This document shows, one piece after another, positions 1-12,640 of a stretch of DNA of 64,000 nucleotides. The position numbers and the translations under genes were made by a program. Every line of letters begins with the position of its first letter. Position 1 is the first letter of the stretch. The notes beneath the pieces are model-generated. The model worked only from the letters and a program-made list of their open reading frames with translations. It was not told the origin of the DNA and ran no database searches. The stretch covers positions 44,516,001-44,580,000 of the forward strand of contig NC_043010.1 of NCBI RefSeq assembly GCF_006345805.1, written 5' to 3'. Source of the stretch: Octopus sinensis (lineage: Eukaryota).

Positions 1-110
1 CCAGAGATTCTCAACGTAGGCAGTATCACAATTAACATACTAAATTTTACCTATAATAGTGATTATATTATACATGATAAAACTAGTAAAAGTTATTAAA
101 ATTTTGAACG

Positions 111-277
111 TAGGCACAGGAGTGGCTGTGTGGTAAGTAGCCACTCCTTGTTTACCAACCACATGGTTCCGGGTTCAGTCCCACTGCGTGGTACCTTGGG
201 CAAGTGTCTTCTACTATAGCCTCGGCCCGACCAAAGCCTTGTGAGTGGATTTGGTAGACGGAAACAAGCCCGTCGTA

Positions 278-320
<43 letters not shown>

Positions 321-521
321 GTGTGTGTGTCTGTGTTTGTCCCCCTAGCATTGCTTGACAACCGATGCTGGTGTGTTTACGTCCCCGTTACTTAGTGGTT
401 CAGCAAAAGAGAGCGATAGAATTAGTACTGGGCTTACAAAGAATAAGTCCTGGGGTCGATTTGTTCGACTAAAGGCGGTGCTCCAGCATGGCCGCAGTCA
501 AATCACTGAAACAAGTAAAAG
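111..521 (+). mobile_element. tRNA-head SINE, octopod-type family A (other copies at 42299-42695, 46230-46607, 58850-59228, 36770-37100 on +; 53950-54305, 34250-34610, 3480-3790 on -)
   Basis: Near-identical dispersed copies with A/B-box-like head, internal (TA)n(TG)n and gaaacaagtaaaaga tail. Confidence 0.9.
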
Positions 522-1399
522 TGTAAGTGTATAACAAGGAGAATATTTTGGCTGGATATACATGGCTGGTTTAAATGCTGAAGGGCTAAGCATGGTGTAT
601 CAGCTGCATTCCTGCTTTTCACTTCTATATTCAGTAATGTGAACGACTTTTACTACCAGAACTTGAAACGTGTTCTGCCACTGGTCAAGAAAATCTATGA
701 CCAAATACATCCCACTATGACCATCACACTTCTTTAGAGCCATGTAGGATTACATTATCTAATATGTCCTTTTATTATTTAAGATAGGAGAGTGTGCTTT
801 GAGGGGGATTTGGTTCTTATTTCTACTAAGTTGAGTAACCACATTAATGCTAAAGCTGGTGTTCAAAGAACAATGAAGATAAATGAGATGGTAAATCACT
901 GAAATTTCATTTTAGCCCTCTCAAATCATCATCTTTTTAATGTCCACTTTTCCATGTTTGCATGGGACAGAGAGAATTTGTTGAGGCAGATTTTCTACAT
1001 CCATATACCCACCCTGTCACCAACACACACCTGCTTCCAAATAAATTAAAATTTCCCCATAACCAGACGTTTCCACAGAAGAGCAGGAATGAAGAATGAC
1101 ATTTCCATGATAGTGACAATTCTTTACAACTATTATATAAAATTAAGGCAAGAAAACAGTAACACACACACACATATAGATATGACAGGCTTCTTTGAGT
1201 TTCCATCTACCAAATCTACTCACAATGCATTTGTCAACCTGGGACTATAGTAAAAGACACTTGCTCAAGGCACCACACAAGGGATCTGAACTTAAGACCG
1301 TGTGGTTGGGAAGTAGACTTCTTACCACACAGCCATGCCTAAATTCTCATTGAGAATTTGCTCTAAACTTTGCCCAGCCTAATCTTATTCTAACAGCTG

Positions 1400-2385
1400 T
1401 CTTCTACCTCTAGCTTACTCCCATGGCAGTTGATGGAGTCTATTTTCTTTACATTTTTTTGTGTTTATTGTACCTGTGCATCTACCACACACAAAAGCTA
1501 TTTTCTCTGTGTCCAAAGCTTACACCAGTTGCATCTTACAGACATACTACCTACACCTTTTATACCTCAAGGGACTTGTGATTTGTCTGTCTTCCTACTT
1601 ACTAAGACTTTGGTTTTTGCTAGTTTAACTTTAAGGCCCTTTGATTCTAGACCTTGTTTCCACACCTGGAACTTCTCCCATTCTGGTAGTGATTCAGCTA
1701 TAAGAACATGGTCATCAGCATAGAGGAGCTCCCAGGGGCAACCTGTTTTAAATTCTTCTGTTATTGCCTGGAGGACAATAATGAACAAGAGTGGGGTCTT
1801 AGGACCAATCCTTGGTGAACCCCTACTTGTACCCTGAGTTCTTCGCTGTACTCATTGCCAATCTTCACCTTACTGGTAGCATCTCTGTACATGGCTTGTA
1901 CAGCTCTCACCAACCACTTGTCTATCCCTAGTTTCCACATTGACCACTAGATAAGGATTTGAGGACCCTGTCAAATGCTTTCTCCAAGTCGACAAAGGCT
2001 AAGTACAGAAGTTTATCTCTAGCTATGTATTTCTCCTGCAGCTGCCTTACCAGAAATATAGCATCAGTGGTGCTTCTCCTTGGCACAAAACCAAACTGCA
2101 TCTCATCTAGACTAATTCTCGCTCTAATTAGTTGGGCTATGACTCTCTCCATAACTTTCATCACCTGATCCAACAATTTGATACCTCTGTAATTATTTCT
2201 ATCCAAGGCATAACCTTTACCTTAGTAGCAGGAGACTATGGTACTGCTAGTCATTGGGTTTGACTCCTTCATGAATCACCTGGTTTACAATACGGGTGAC
2301 TAGACAATAACCTACACTGCCAGATATTTTAAGCATCTCAGCGGTGATTCCTGAAGGGCCAGGGGTATTCCCTGTCTTCATGTCC
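1400..2385 (-). mobile_element. RTE-clade LINE reverse transcriptase fragment, disrupted
   Basis: NYRGIKLL, QFGF.P.RSTTDAIF..RQLQEK, AFVDLEKAFDRV and LLYADD motifs across several frames. Confidence 0.92.
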
Positions 2386-2390
2386 TTACC

Positions 2391-2422
<32 letters not shown>

Positions 2423-2920
2423 CAAGCTGAGCCAAAAATCATTCACAAAATAAGTCCAGTGCAATTTGGAATTGTCAAAGACATGCTCCAATTTTTCTAA
2501 AATTGAATAAAAATAAATAAGATAATGATTACAAATGTACTTGAATGTGATGAATGAAATAACAAATCAAATGTTATGTTGCGTGAGTTTCGGCCCACCC
2601 TGTACATGTGTGTTTGTGTATTAACAAGTAACTGTTTCTTTACAAAGATGAAAAGTGCTGCTGAGGATATAATATTGTCTATCAATCAAATCTTCCAGCT
2701 GAAAATAAACAATATCATGTGACTTAAAATACAAAGAAATACAAATTAAAAAATGACAAATCTACATGATTTTATTCATTATAACATATATTTAAAGGTG
2801 TAAAAATAAACTGTGACTTTACATGGAGGTAATACACAATATTTCTAAACTCTAAGAAGAATATTGTTAAAATTCATTAAAAAATATATATAAGTAAAGA
2901 AAAGAAATTGAAATTTCAAA

Positions 2921-2951
<31 letters not shown>

Positions 2952-4371
2952 CATGCACATGTGTGTGTAAAATATCCATATGTATAATATACACAATATA
3001 ATATACATATGTATTATGCATACACATAATATATGTATATAATATACTTGTATTATAAATAATGTAATATACATATACATATAGTATACATACCTACATA
3101 CATACAAACATACATACATACTATACCTTCGTATGATATATCCTTGTAATATACACAAGTGTACGTACGCCACTCATACATATATATATGTATACACATA
3201 CATATATATTTATATTTATGTACTTATGTACATGATATACATATATTAAATATATATGTGATATATTATGTTATATATGATATACACATGCAATAACATG
3301 TAACATACATATGTAATATACACACAATTATAGAGGCTCCCTCCATGTGCACATGTAATCAAAGATCCAAGGTCCAATTGTATTAAACTTTGCTTTTACA
3401 TTCAATATTTTCTCTTTTACATTCCATTATCAGAAATAATTGTTCACTGTTTGAGAGAATGTATTTTTTATCTTTTACTTATTTAAATCATTAAACTGTG
3501 GCCATGCTGGGGCACTGCCTTGAAGAATTTTAGTCAAACAAATCAACCCTTAATACTCATTTTATTGGTCTCTTTCACTGAACTGATATGGTATTAGTAT
3601 GTAAACACCAGTTGTCAAGCAATGTTAGAGGACAAGTATGCACACACACACAAAAACACAATGGGCTTCTTTCAGGTTCTATTTGTCAAATCAACTCACA
3701 AGCCTTTGGTTGACCTAAAGCTATAGTAGAATACGCAGTGGGACTGAACTTGGAACCATGTGGTTGGGAGACACACTTTTTACCACACAGCCACGGCTGT
3801 GCCATGTGAAAAGATGACAGGATTCATACTAGCATTTGAATTAACAAGTATAGATAAGCTGTTGTTGCTCTGAATTTCTTGTTTTTCACTGGTCATTTCA
3901 GATTGCATTCAAATTCCAGAAATGATAGTGTAAACACGGACAAGGAACAATATATAATTCCAAGCAATGGAATATAAAACTCAATTGTATCTTTGATTAC
4001 ATGAATGTATTTAAACAGAGAAGCTATTATTCTTATACACAATTGATACATAAGAGTATATTTTGAAAATACAAACCAGAAAAATAAATACTTAACACAG
4101 GTTGTAGAGTTTATTAATTTATTTGAAACTGGGACGTCACAATGTCGCTACTCCAATCTTTATATTACTGTCGTGATTCTGTTGCATTGAGGAACATGAC
4201 AGTAATAGGGAAGTGAGTGAAGCCATGGTATGAACCTCCAGTTTTGAAGAAATGAATGTACAAAATTTCTTCTACATATACACACAAACACACACACAAG
4301 GTTTCACATCCATGAAGCACTCAGCTTTATAGACTTGTTAGTTTGAAGAAAGGTTATATACCCTCTGCCAT

Positions 4372-4435
4372 TAGAGTCTGATGAGTTGCCTATAAAACTA
4401 CGTGCTTTATAGATGTGAAACCATTGGTCATTCTA
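4372..4435 (+). ncRNA. Type I hammerhead ribozyme motif with complete canonical core
   Basis: Stem I TAGAGT/ATTCTA; CTGATGA; stem II with 7-bp CTATAAA/TTTATAG; GAAA; stem III ACC-att-GGT; GTC cleavage triplet. Confidence 0.75.
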
Positions 4436-4459
4436 TGACCAGACATATCTTTATAAATA

Positions 4460-4497
<38 letters not shown>

Positions 4498-6991
4498 CAC
4501 AAACATACATATGTACATACATACATACATACAAATATATGTGTATATAAACACACACATATATATATATATATACATTCATACATATATACAAACACAC
4601 ACACACACAGAGTCATTATATTTTAATGATCTCAATCCTAAATTAATGAAATTGCAGAAGAATGCTTGTCCCCTTGTGTGAGGTATGGTGAATAGATAAA
4701 ATATTAAATTGGACAGTTCTGAAAATGGCAGTTGATATATTTGATTCATTCTATAGACGAAGACAGCATATACATATACTAAAACACACACACATACATA
4801 TATATATGAATATTTCTTTTTCATGTGCATACAAAAATATAATTATTTTATTGAATTTTATTTGATAATTTTGCAATCATCATCATCATTATCATCACCA
4901 TCCTTTCTATTTTTACTAATAGCAGTAATGGGGCAGTGATTTGGTAGAAGGAGTAAAGTGCCAGAATAAATGCTTTCAAGAATGTCTCTCAATATTCTTG
5001 GTTTTGTCAGGCACAATTTAGCCATTCGTTTCTACAAGGTTGCTTAAATAGGTACAGGTAATGTACAGGGATTGATTCAATCAACAATTACTCTTACTTT
5101 GAATAAGTGGCTTTGTGCCTTAGTAAGAAATTATTATTACTGTTGTTGTAGTTGTTGTTCTTCATGTTGAAATAAAACACATATTAAAAGTTTTAAAGCT
5201 ATTTGGATTTGAATAAATAAAAATAATAATAAACATATTTTTTTTCATTTTTTTTTTCTTTATAAAGATAGGATTTGAAAAATAGAAATGATAACAATCA
5301 TCTTTTAATTTTAAACAATAAAAACAAAAACCAAGCAAAAATAAACATAATAGGAAACAAAAAAACAACTAAAAACAGAAATTACAAAATGCCTTTGAAG
5401 TTCACATTTCTTAAAATTCATTGAGTGTTTATAGAATAACCTCTATTGAACAGTAGCATAGTAGAATATTACATACTGTGTAAGTTAATTATATTTCATC
5501 AAAAATAATTTCCCAAATTTATTTCCCTAGACTAACATTCAATCATTTTAATCGCCTGCAATTATTTGAGGATGATCTCAGTTATTCTTGGAACCTAATT
5601 TGTAAAGAATAAACCTTCAGCCCAAATTCCCCATATTAATCTTCCAGCATAATCTATTAAAGTAATTCTATGATAATCCTCAAGCCTATTTCCTCAGTAT
5701 CCTACATCCATATCCAAGATAATCTAATCCACCAGCATTTACTATCATCTATCTACTGAGTGAATCCTCAACAATATTCTCCCAGTACCTTACCAAACAT
5801 AACCTAATTCTCCAGAATTTAGTATTTTTGTGTCATTTATCTACTACATTAATCCTTAAATATAGTCCCCTAATATCCTCCCCACATCTGATAATTATTC
5901 CTTCATTATATAACATCTATTGACTGGATCAATCTTAAGTGTACTCTCCCAAAATTAATCTAATCTTTCACTGTTAACTATCTTCCATATACTGGAATAA
6001 TCCTCCAACATAATTCATATATAAAGATCCTGCAATGTAAATTTCTCAGAAAAGTCTTCTAGTGAACTATGGCAGCAAAATGTTCTATTGTAATTCAATG
6101 ATTCTTCTGGGATTAAATATTATATTTAAGATAATTCTGCCAGAATAATCTTCTAGTTTGATATTCTAAGATTAACTTCATATTTTAATTCTTCTGGATA
6201 TAACTTTTTGGAACATTTCTTCTGCTTAGAAGAGATTCTCTGATATAATATTATACCTTCTAAATAATTCTACACCAAAAATTTCCTCTAAGTAACAAAA
6301 TATAAGAGAAAGACAAAGGACAAAAATCTAAAACCCATAAGAGCCATTTGTGTTTTTTGCAGCAGTAATCACCCAAATTTAGTTCATATAAGTATCACAA
6401 ATTCTCTTCATGTATTCTTGGAAAAGAGAGTTGACCAAGTGGATATAGTATTAGACTACAGGCTTATAAATACTGATCTGCAGGCCTAATTTCATAGAGC
6501 TTTACACACAATTCTATGCAGCTCAGTTATCCTACTTGATAGGAATAAATAAATACCAGATCATATTAAAATGCTAATCTGCTGTTTTGTCCTATACAAG
6601 ACAAACATTTTCTCATCTGCTCAAAGCCATGAAAATGAAGTCAAACATCAGCTGTATTAACATTTACCAATAAGGGCACATGTCACACTGATATATGAGA
6701 AATTAATTCCATGATTGACAGAGGATTTTATAAATCTTCATGTAACTTTTTAAATGTTTATTTATTTATTTCATTTTTTTCAACATATATATTTTTTTCT
6801 CTGGGGTAGTTTGCAAATTTGCACATTTACAGAAATTGTTGGTCATTCTGCTCTACAGATGGTTCCATATTAAAACAGAATTGCATTCATTTTACTTTAT
6901 CCTTATTATTTTCTATTTGTTGCTTTTATCATCAAGAACATCATCATTTTAACATCCACTTTTCCATGCTCACATGGGCCAGAATACATTC

Positions 6992-7033
<42 letters not shown>

Positions 7034-7305
7034 GTACATACATATTACACTCACACACACACACATATATGAGAGAGAGAGAGAGAGAGAGAGATTCACT
7101 CACATGAACATATACATACACACAATCACATACATGCATTTTGATATCCATTTGCCCTATTTTCATGTTAAGATGGTTCTAAATAGTTGTTGCATATTTA
7201 TATAAATATTGTAAGACTGAATAACTATTTTCATAACTTCATGTTCTTCCTAAAATGAGCTACTTATTCATTTAGTAGCAACATGCTATATTTTTTTCTT
7301 TTCAG

Positions 7306-7362
7306 TTAGCCAGGCTAAAGCAAGAAGAGCAATATGAAATGCCTGTGGAGATGACAAAATAG
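7306..7362 (+). CDS. Candidate terminal exon of an unidentified + strand gene (LARLKQEEQYEMPVEMTK*)
   Basis: Very strong acceptor tttttttcttttcag, coding-like 18-aa frame to TAG, AATAAA near 7836; product not recognised. Confidence 0.35.
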   Translation, partial: LARLKQEEQYEMPVEMTK

Positions 7363-8007
7363 CTATAGCAAGGACTGAGTTGATTTTATAACCTTGCAAT
7401 TGAAAATTAAGATGCTTAAGCTTAAGTAATAAGTTATTTGTTACAAAAGAAATGTAATAAATTTTGAAAACATTAATTATCTGCACAAATTTAAAAACAT
7501 TAACATTTATTTAAATATATGTCTCAGAAGAATTCATACACACTTTATAAGATGTTTATTTTACTTAATGCGTATACACTTTATATTATCATATATAAAT
7601 ATGATATAAAAAGTGTGTAGACATTTGTGAGACACTATATATGCTTGTCTGTGTGAACATGTGTGCAGGTATGCACTTACACTATATAACAGTCAGATGT
7701 TGCAAGATATATGAAGATGATACATGTATGAATGAAAAAAATGAAGAATGTTGTATTAAAGAACAAAGTTCTTTGAATTATATACAAGTATATACATGCA
7801 AATAAGACAATCAATAATATAAAATCATTAATGAGAATAAAAGATAAATGCATCAAGTGGGGATTGAACTACTATACATACCTCAAATATCAGCCAAATA
7901 TGCAAGCCTGCTTACCACAACCAATATGGTGTTTTCTTTCTGATTCTTTATGACTTAGTATATTTTTGAAATTTAACATATGCATATACATACAAACAAC
8001 ACATCAA

Positions 8008-8094
<87 letters not shown>

Positions 8095-8598
8095 TTACCA
8101 ATACACAAGTAGAAACACACTCTCTCTTTCTCACACACACAAACTTGTATATATATTTCACATATATTCTCTGATGTGCTTCCTCTGAATTAGGAAGAAT
8201 ATCTGTTTCTTTGGGTAATTATTACAAAGTTCTTCCTCATTGTTGTGGGTATTTTTTTTTCTCTTTCTTTTATATTACTTCACTCATTTACTGGTTGGTC
8301 TTTCAACTGAGGTCATTATTGATCACCATAGTTATTTTATCAACCTTGACAGGAGGAAAGCAAAAGTTGACCCAGGCAGGATTTGAGGTCAAAACATACA
8401 GGGAAGGGATTTAACCAACTACCATAAGGTATGTTGTCTGACGCTTCACTTATGTTTGATTTTTGCTTTACCTTCTTTTTTTTTCACTTTTTTTTCTCAA
8501 ATAAAATGAGTTTCTAATTTGTAATTTATGCCGTCCAACAATCAAGCAGGAATGTTCTTTAGCAATTAATATTTCGTTTGTAAATTGCTTCATCTATT

Positions 8599-8667
8599 TC
8601 ATGAGCTGCATTCAGTAGATGTATTGTAACGTTGTTTTAACCGATAAAATAATACCATGGGGGAATC
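8599..8667 (-). CDS. PCGF1: PCGF1-like terminal coding exon (DSPMVLFYRLKQRYNTSTECSS*)
   Basis: SP.LL.Y terminal RAWUL strand; pyrimidine-rich acceptor ttcttctgcag; ends in TGA; the 7 exons total 708 nt in frame. Confidence 0.9.
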   Translation of the reverse strand, partial: DSPMVLFYRLKQRYNTSTECSS

Positions 8668-9314
8668 CTGCAGAAGAAACAATAAATAAATATAATCTTT
8701 ATACTATAATGATGAAAGTTACTTATAAATTAGTTAGGAGCATTTAATTTTTACTTAAAGAAAACAATCATTAAAGTCTACACAGTCATGAAAATTCTTA
8801 TAAATTCTAATTTTAATATATTTTTATCAAAATATGGTTTTTAGATTTCTTTTATTATTGAAGATTTCTACTACAGGAAACCAGTTTTAATTCACTGTGA
8901 GATAGCATTTTTTAACATTGCAAGATAGAACCTCTCCTTCCTTCTCTCTCTCTCTCTCTCTCATACACTTCATTGTACTACTTTCTACAGGCATTTACTT
9001 AGCCAACACAAGGGGCTACTGGTTGAGACAGGGTTTCATAGCATATTATTGAGCAAACATTTTTTTGCCCAAGATATGACAGAAAAATTTCAGAGATGCT
9101 CATTCCTCTCACAGCTAGACAAACTGAAATAACAAAAGTTTGTTTATGTGCCCTACCCAAAATGCACAACAAAACACCTGCAGTGTATTTGAACTCAGGA
9201 CTGATGAGTCGAGAATCCAACAAAGCATAGTCCTTTAAGCCATTTTGCCTAGAAATACTAAACTGGAAAACTTTTAAGATCAAGTAACAAATATTATATG
9301 AAATTTATGATTGT

Positions 9315-9542
9315 TTAACCCTTTTGTTACCAACCCGGCTGAAACCGGCCCTGGCTCTGAGTACAAATGTTTTGTTTTCATAAGTTTTGAATTAAAATTT
9401 TCCACCAAACCTTAGTCACACTTTATGATCCTAACACCAGCTGAAAGATGACTAAGTTGTTTTACTAAATTGTTTGTTATATTTAAAGTAATTGAAAGAA
9501 ACACAGAGCATCTCAAAATAAATACAGTAACGAAAAGGTTAA
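9315..9542. mobile_element. piggyBac-like MITE (TTAA ends); older relative at ~29760-29990
   Basis: ttaacccttttgttac…gtaacgaaaaggttaa terminal inverted repeats. Confidence 0.75.
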
Positions 9543-9622
9543 GTAATGGTAAAGTTGGTGGTGATGTAATTATAAACTTTTGTTGATTGGTTTATCAAGA
9601 AGCTGGTTTAAGGGTTACATAC

Positions 9623-9703
9623 CTTCTGAAACCAATGCATCAGAAACAATTGCTTCATGCTCATCTCTTCCATTAACTTTTCCTCTTGACATAATACATC
9701 CAA
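9623..9703 (-). CDS. PCGF1: PCGF1-like RAWUL exon (LDVLCQEEKLMEEMSMKQLFLMHWFQK)
   Basis: M.MKQ..L..WF.K resembles recalled PCGF1 MTMKQIWLSRWFGK; acceptor gtttag, donor gtatgt; 81 nt, phases 0/0. Confidence 0.92.
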
Positions 9704-10274
9704 CTAAACATTAAGACATACAGAAGGAATATATATTAAGGGTTAACAAAATATACAGTGAAATAATTCTCTTTTGGAACTGGATCTCAAAGTACATAAA
9801 AAGCTATAACTAACAGCTTGTAAATATTGTGTTGAAAAACACTTTTGGATAGAAAAATTTGAAGGCTGAACATACAGAATATACAGAAAACATACACAAA
9901 AGCAACCAGTTGATGGTCAGTAAAATGTACAATAATAAATTTAACTTTTAAAAGGTTAAAAGTAATATATGTAGAAGGGATAAGTTGGATATCAAGTAAA
10001 ATAAATAATAAAAGATGTTTAAGGGCCATTAAAGTATACACTATATATACATATTAGAAGTAGTAAACTGAGCAGAAAAGATAGCTGTTAACAGTCAATA
10101 AAGTAAAATACATTGAGCAGGTAGTTAAAAAAAAAAATTAATGAATATAGTACAGACAGCATCATGTAAATTGATCTCCTTTAATATGACCACTTTAGTG
10201 TAGGAAGTCTCAGGTGGGTTGATATCAAAGCATTAAATTTATAATAATGAGAAATATTAATGGGATTAAACAAA

Positions 10275-10340
<66 letters not shown>

Positions 10341-10342
<2 letters not shown>

Positions 10343-10485
10343 CCTTGGCGTTAGGAAGGGCATCCAGCCGTAGAAACACTGCCAGATTTGACTGGGCCTG
10401 ATGAAGCCTTCTGGCTTCACAGACCCCAGTAGAACCGTCCAACCCATGCTAGCATGGAAAACGGACGCTAAATGATGATGATGAT
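10341..10485 (+). mobile_element. RTE-tail SINE / LINE 3' UTR family with (GAT)n tail (also 15925-16120, 27720-27910, 31250-31600, 33300-33490, 53160-53345)
   Basis: Recurring ggcgttaggaagggcatccagc…agcatggaaa.cggacgctaaa followed by (gat)n. Confidence 0.85.
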
Positions 10486-10499
10486 GATATATATATATA

Positions 10500-10711
10500 C
10501 ATGCTTTCAATATGTGACCTCGTGAGTACCGCTGGTGATTTTTTTTCCTCTGTCTTCCCTTCTCGGGATCTTTCCTTCTCCTATGTTTCCAACGAAGAGC
10601 TCCGCTCGAAACGTTAAACCCTCCTTCTTCCCTTCTTTCCTGAGCGTCCAATAATACTTTATTTGTTCCACGTCCTCGCGTTGTTGTTTTTTTGTGTTTT
10701 CTTGTTTGAAT

Positions 10712-10715
<4 letters not shown>
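10500..10715 (+). mobile_element. Probable Penelope-type pLTR repeat; 3' part recurs at 58172-58290
   Basis: Contains the hammerhead-like motif; ttctttcctgagcgtc.aataatacttt… is shared with the 58.2-kb copy. Confidence 0.55.
10585..10619 (+). ncRNA. Minimal type I hammerhead-like motif (degenerate core) in a Penelope-type pLTR repeat
   Basis: GTTT-CCAACGA-A-GAGC tcc GCTC-GAAACGTT-AAAC; stems I and II pair perfectly; palindromic ACGT stem III. Confidence 0.55.
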
Positions 10716-10747
<32 letters not shown>

Positions 10748-10914
10748 CACACACACATGTAAGAATAAAAATAAATGAGAACATTTAAGTCTTGTTATTT
10801 GTTGTTTGCTCCTTCCAAGCAACCAGGATTCATAGATTGCCTCTGAGACAAAAAAAAAAAATCAGATAAAGTTCACTGTTATAAATGTATTTATAATAAA
10901 AATAGTTAACTTAC

Positions 10915-11050
10915 ATCCAAATATTCAGGCAAGGAGAGTTTTTTCCGCAAAAGACCTTTGACCTGTGACACTAATACACGGATAGAACAACGGACAAATT
11001 TCTTCTCAAGTGGCCGTAGCTGATAGGAGCCATTCTGAACTGACTGAGGT
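10915..11050 (-). CDS. PCGF1: PCGF1-like RAWUL exon (PQSVQNGSYQLRPLEKKFVRCSIRVLVSQVKGLLRKKLSLPEYLD)
   Basis: L.KKFVRCS.R RAWUL motif; acceptor catctag, donor gtaagt; phases 2/0. Confidence 0.93.
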
Positions 11051-11344
11051 CTAGATGAAATTTAAATAAATTAGAATTATACAAGATATCAAGCTATTCC
11101 ATTTCTATATTTTTGATACATGCTATTTTTCATAGAATTATGTATCAATTTTATGTTTCTCTGAAACCAATTTTTTGATCTGGTATACAACCATGGGATT
11201 ATTAGGATGACCATGTGGCTTATTGGTTAGGGTATTCAGTTCACGATTGTATGATCGTGACCTCTTCAGTGACTCTCTACCCCACACATGGAGTGTTGCT
11301 GAAGAGGTCACAGAATGTGTGGCAAAAGATTTCCAAACAAAGGA

Positions 11345-11790
11345 CATAAAATCTGTTTGGTGAGATATGAATGGTTTAGTCCACTTTGAACTTTTAAACC
11401 CAAACTAAATGATAACAAAGGAGATCTACTGTGAGCAGTTTGAGCAGCTTAAGTCAGGACTAGAAGAAAAACGACCATCTTTGGTTTCTGCCATCAGGAT
11501 AATATTCAGCCTCATACAGTGAAGATGACATTCCAAAGGCTGGAGCAGTTTGAATGGGAAATCATGCCCCACCTACCATATTTGCTGGACATTGCCCCAT
11601 CTTATTATCATTTATTCCACAGTCTTCAAAATCATTTGGATGGAAAAAATATGAATTCTGTAGACAAGGTCAGAACAGAACTGGAGGAGTATTTTTCATC
11701 ATGGACAAGTGAATTTTGGAAGAGGGGCCTGACAAGTCTACCAGATAGAATAGAAGAGCATTGTAGAAAATGAAGGAGAGTATATTTTAG
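11345..11790 (+). mobile_element. mariner transposase C-terminal relic in a PCGF1 intron
   Basis: SVW.D..G..HFELL, HQDN..PH and PHLPYLLDIAPSYYHLF (YSPDLAP-like) motifs. Confidence 0.9.
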
Positions 11791-12640
11791 ATTAAAAAAG
11801 AACTTTGTTTATCTTAGTTTTGAAAAATAAAAGAAGTATAAAGAAACGCATTATTCATGGGATAACACAATACATAAGAGCAATGTATCATATTTAGCAT
11901 AATTCTGTGGTTGTTATTATGTAGTACTAAGTTAGTTCTGATAAAATGACTTATGGGTGATAGGTACGTAGTTGAACACCTAGGTGCTATTGACAGGTTC
12001 ATTGCTTCAGTTAAACCTATCCTTGTCTAATAGAGGACTGTATTCTATTCTCAGATATTCAGTGATTTATCTTGTATGGCATCAACTGATAAAACCCAGC
12101 CTATTCAGGCTGTTTTCATGGTGATCTCAGTAGAGTTTGGAAAAGTGACCTTAGAACACAACAGTTGTCATTCATCTAAACTCATCATTAGAAATGTTTA
12201 TCCCAAGTGTTGAGAAGCTAATGAAGTTATTGGTGTTGCTGCTATTTTTGTGTGCACATATTTTTTTAAGTTTGTCTGGACAAAGTGGTGAAATAAGTGT
12301 TCTGGGGTGTTTGGTTTTCACACTGTTGACTTTTCCTCCTCTGACTGCAATCCCAGTGTGACCATCCTATTTTGCTTGTTTCTTTTCTTGCATTATGTAC
12401 CCAAGGTTACATTATCCAGGGTGCCCCTCCTTATTAAATTGGCAGGATGTGATTTTGATGGAAGATTTAACAACTAATTTTACAACAGGTTGAACATTTA
12501 TGTAAGAAGTCCTCTCACCGGCTTGAAAACAAATTGATAGAAAAACGGTTTGAACAAGTGACTCTGTAACCCAGTAGTTAATCTTATGATTATTCTGCAA
12601 CTATGAAATAATTCATATTTGTAAAAATATTCCAGCTTAC

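Noticed and set aside
2620-2697. Minus-strand exon-like segment LEDLIDRQYYILSSTFHLCKETVTC* after ttttcag
   Set aside because: No phase-compatible upstream exon or recognisable homology
9197-9234. CTGATGA with flanking AGGA/TCCT complementarity, a possible hammerhead
   Set aside because: GAAA is missing, and no register gives both a valid UH cleavage site and a contiguous stem I; at best an unrecognisable relic
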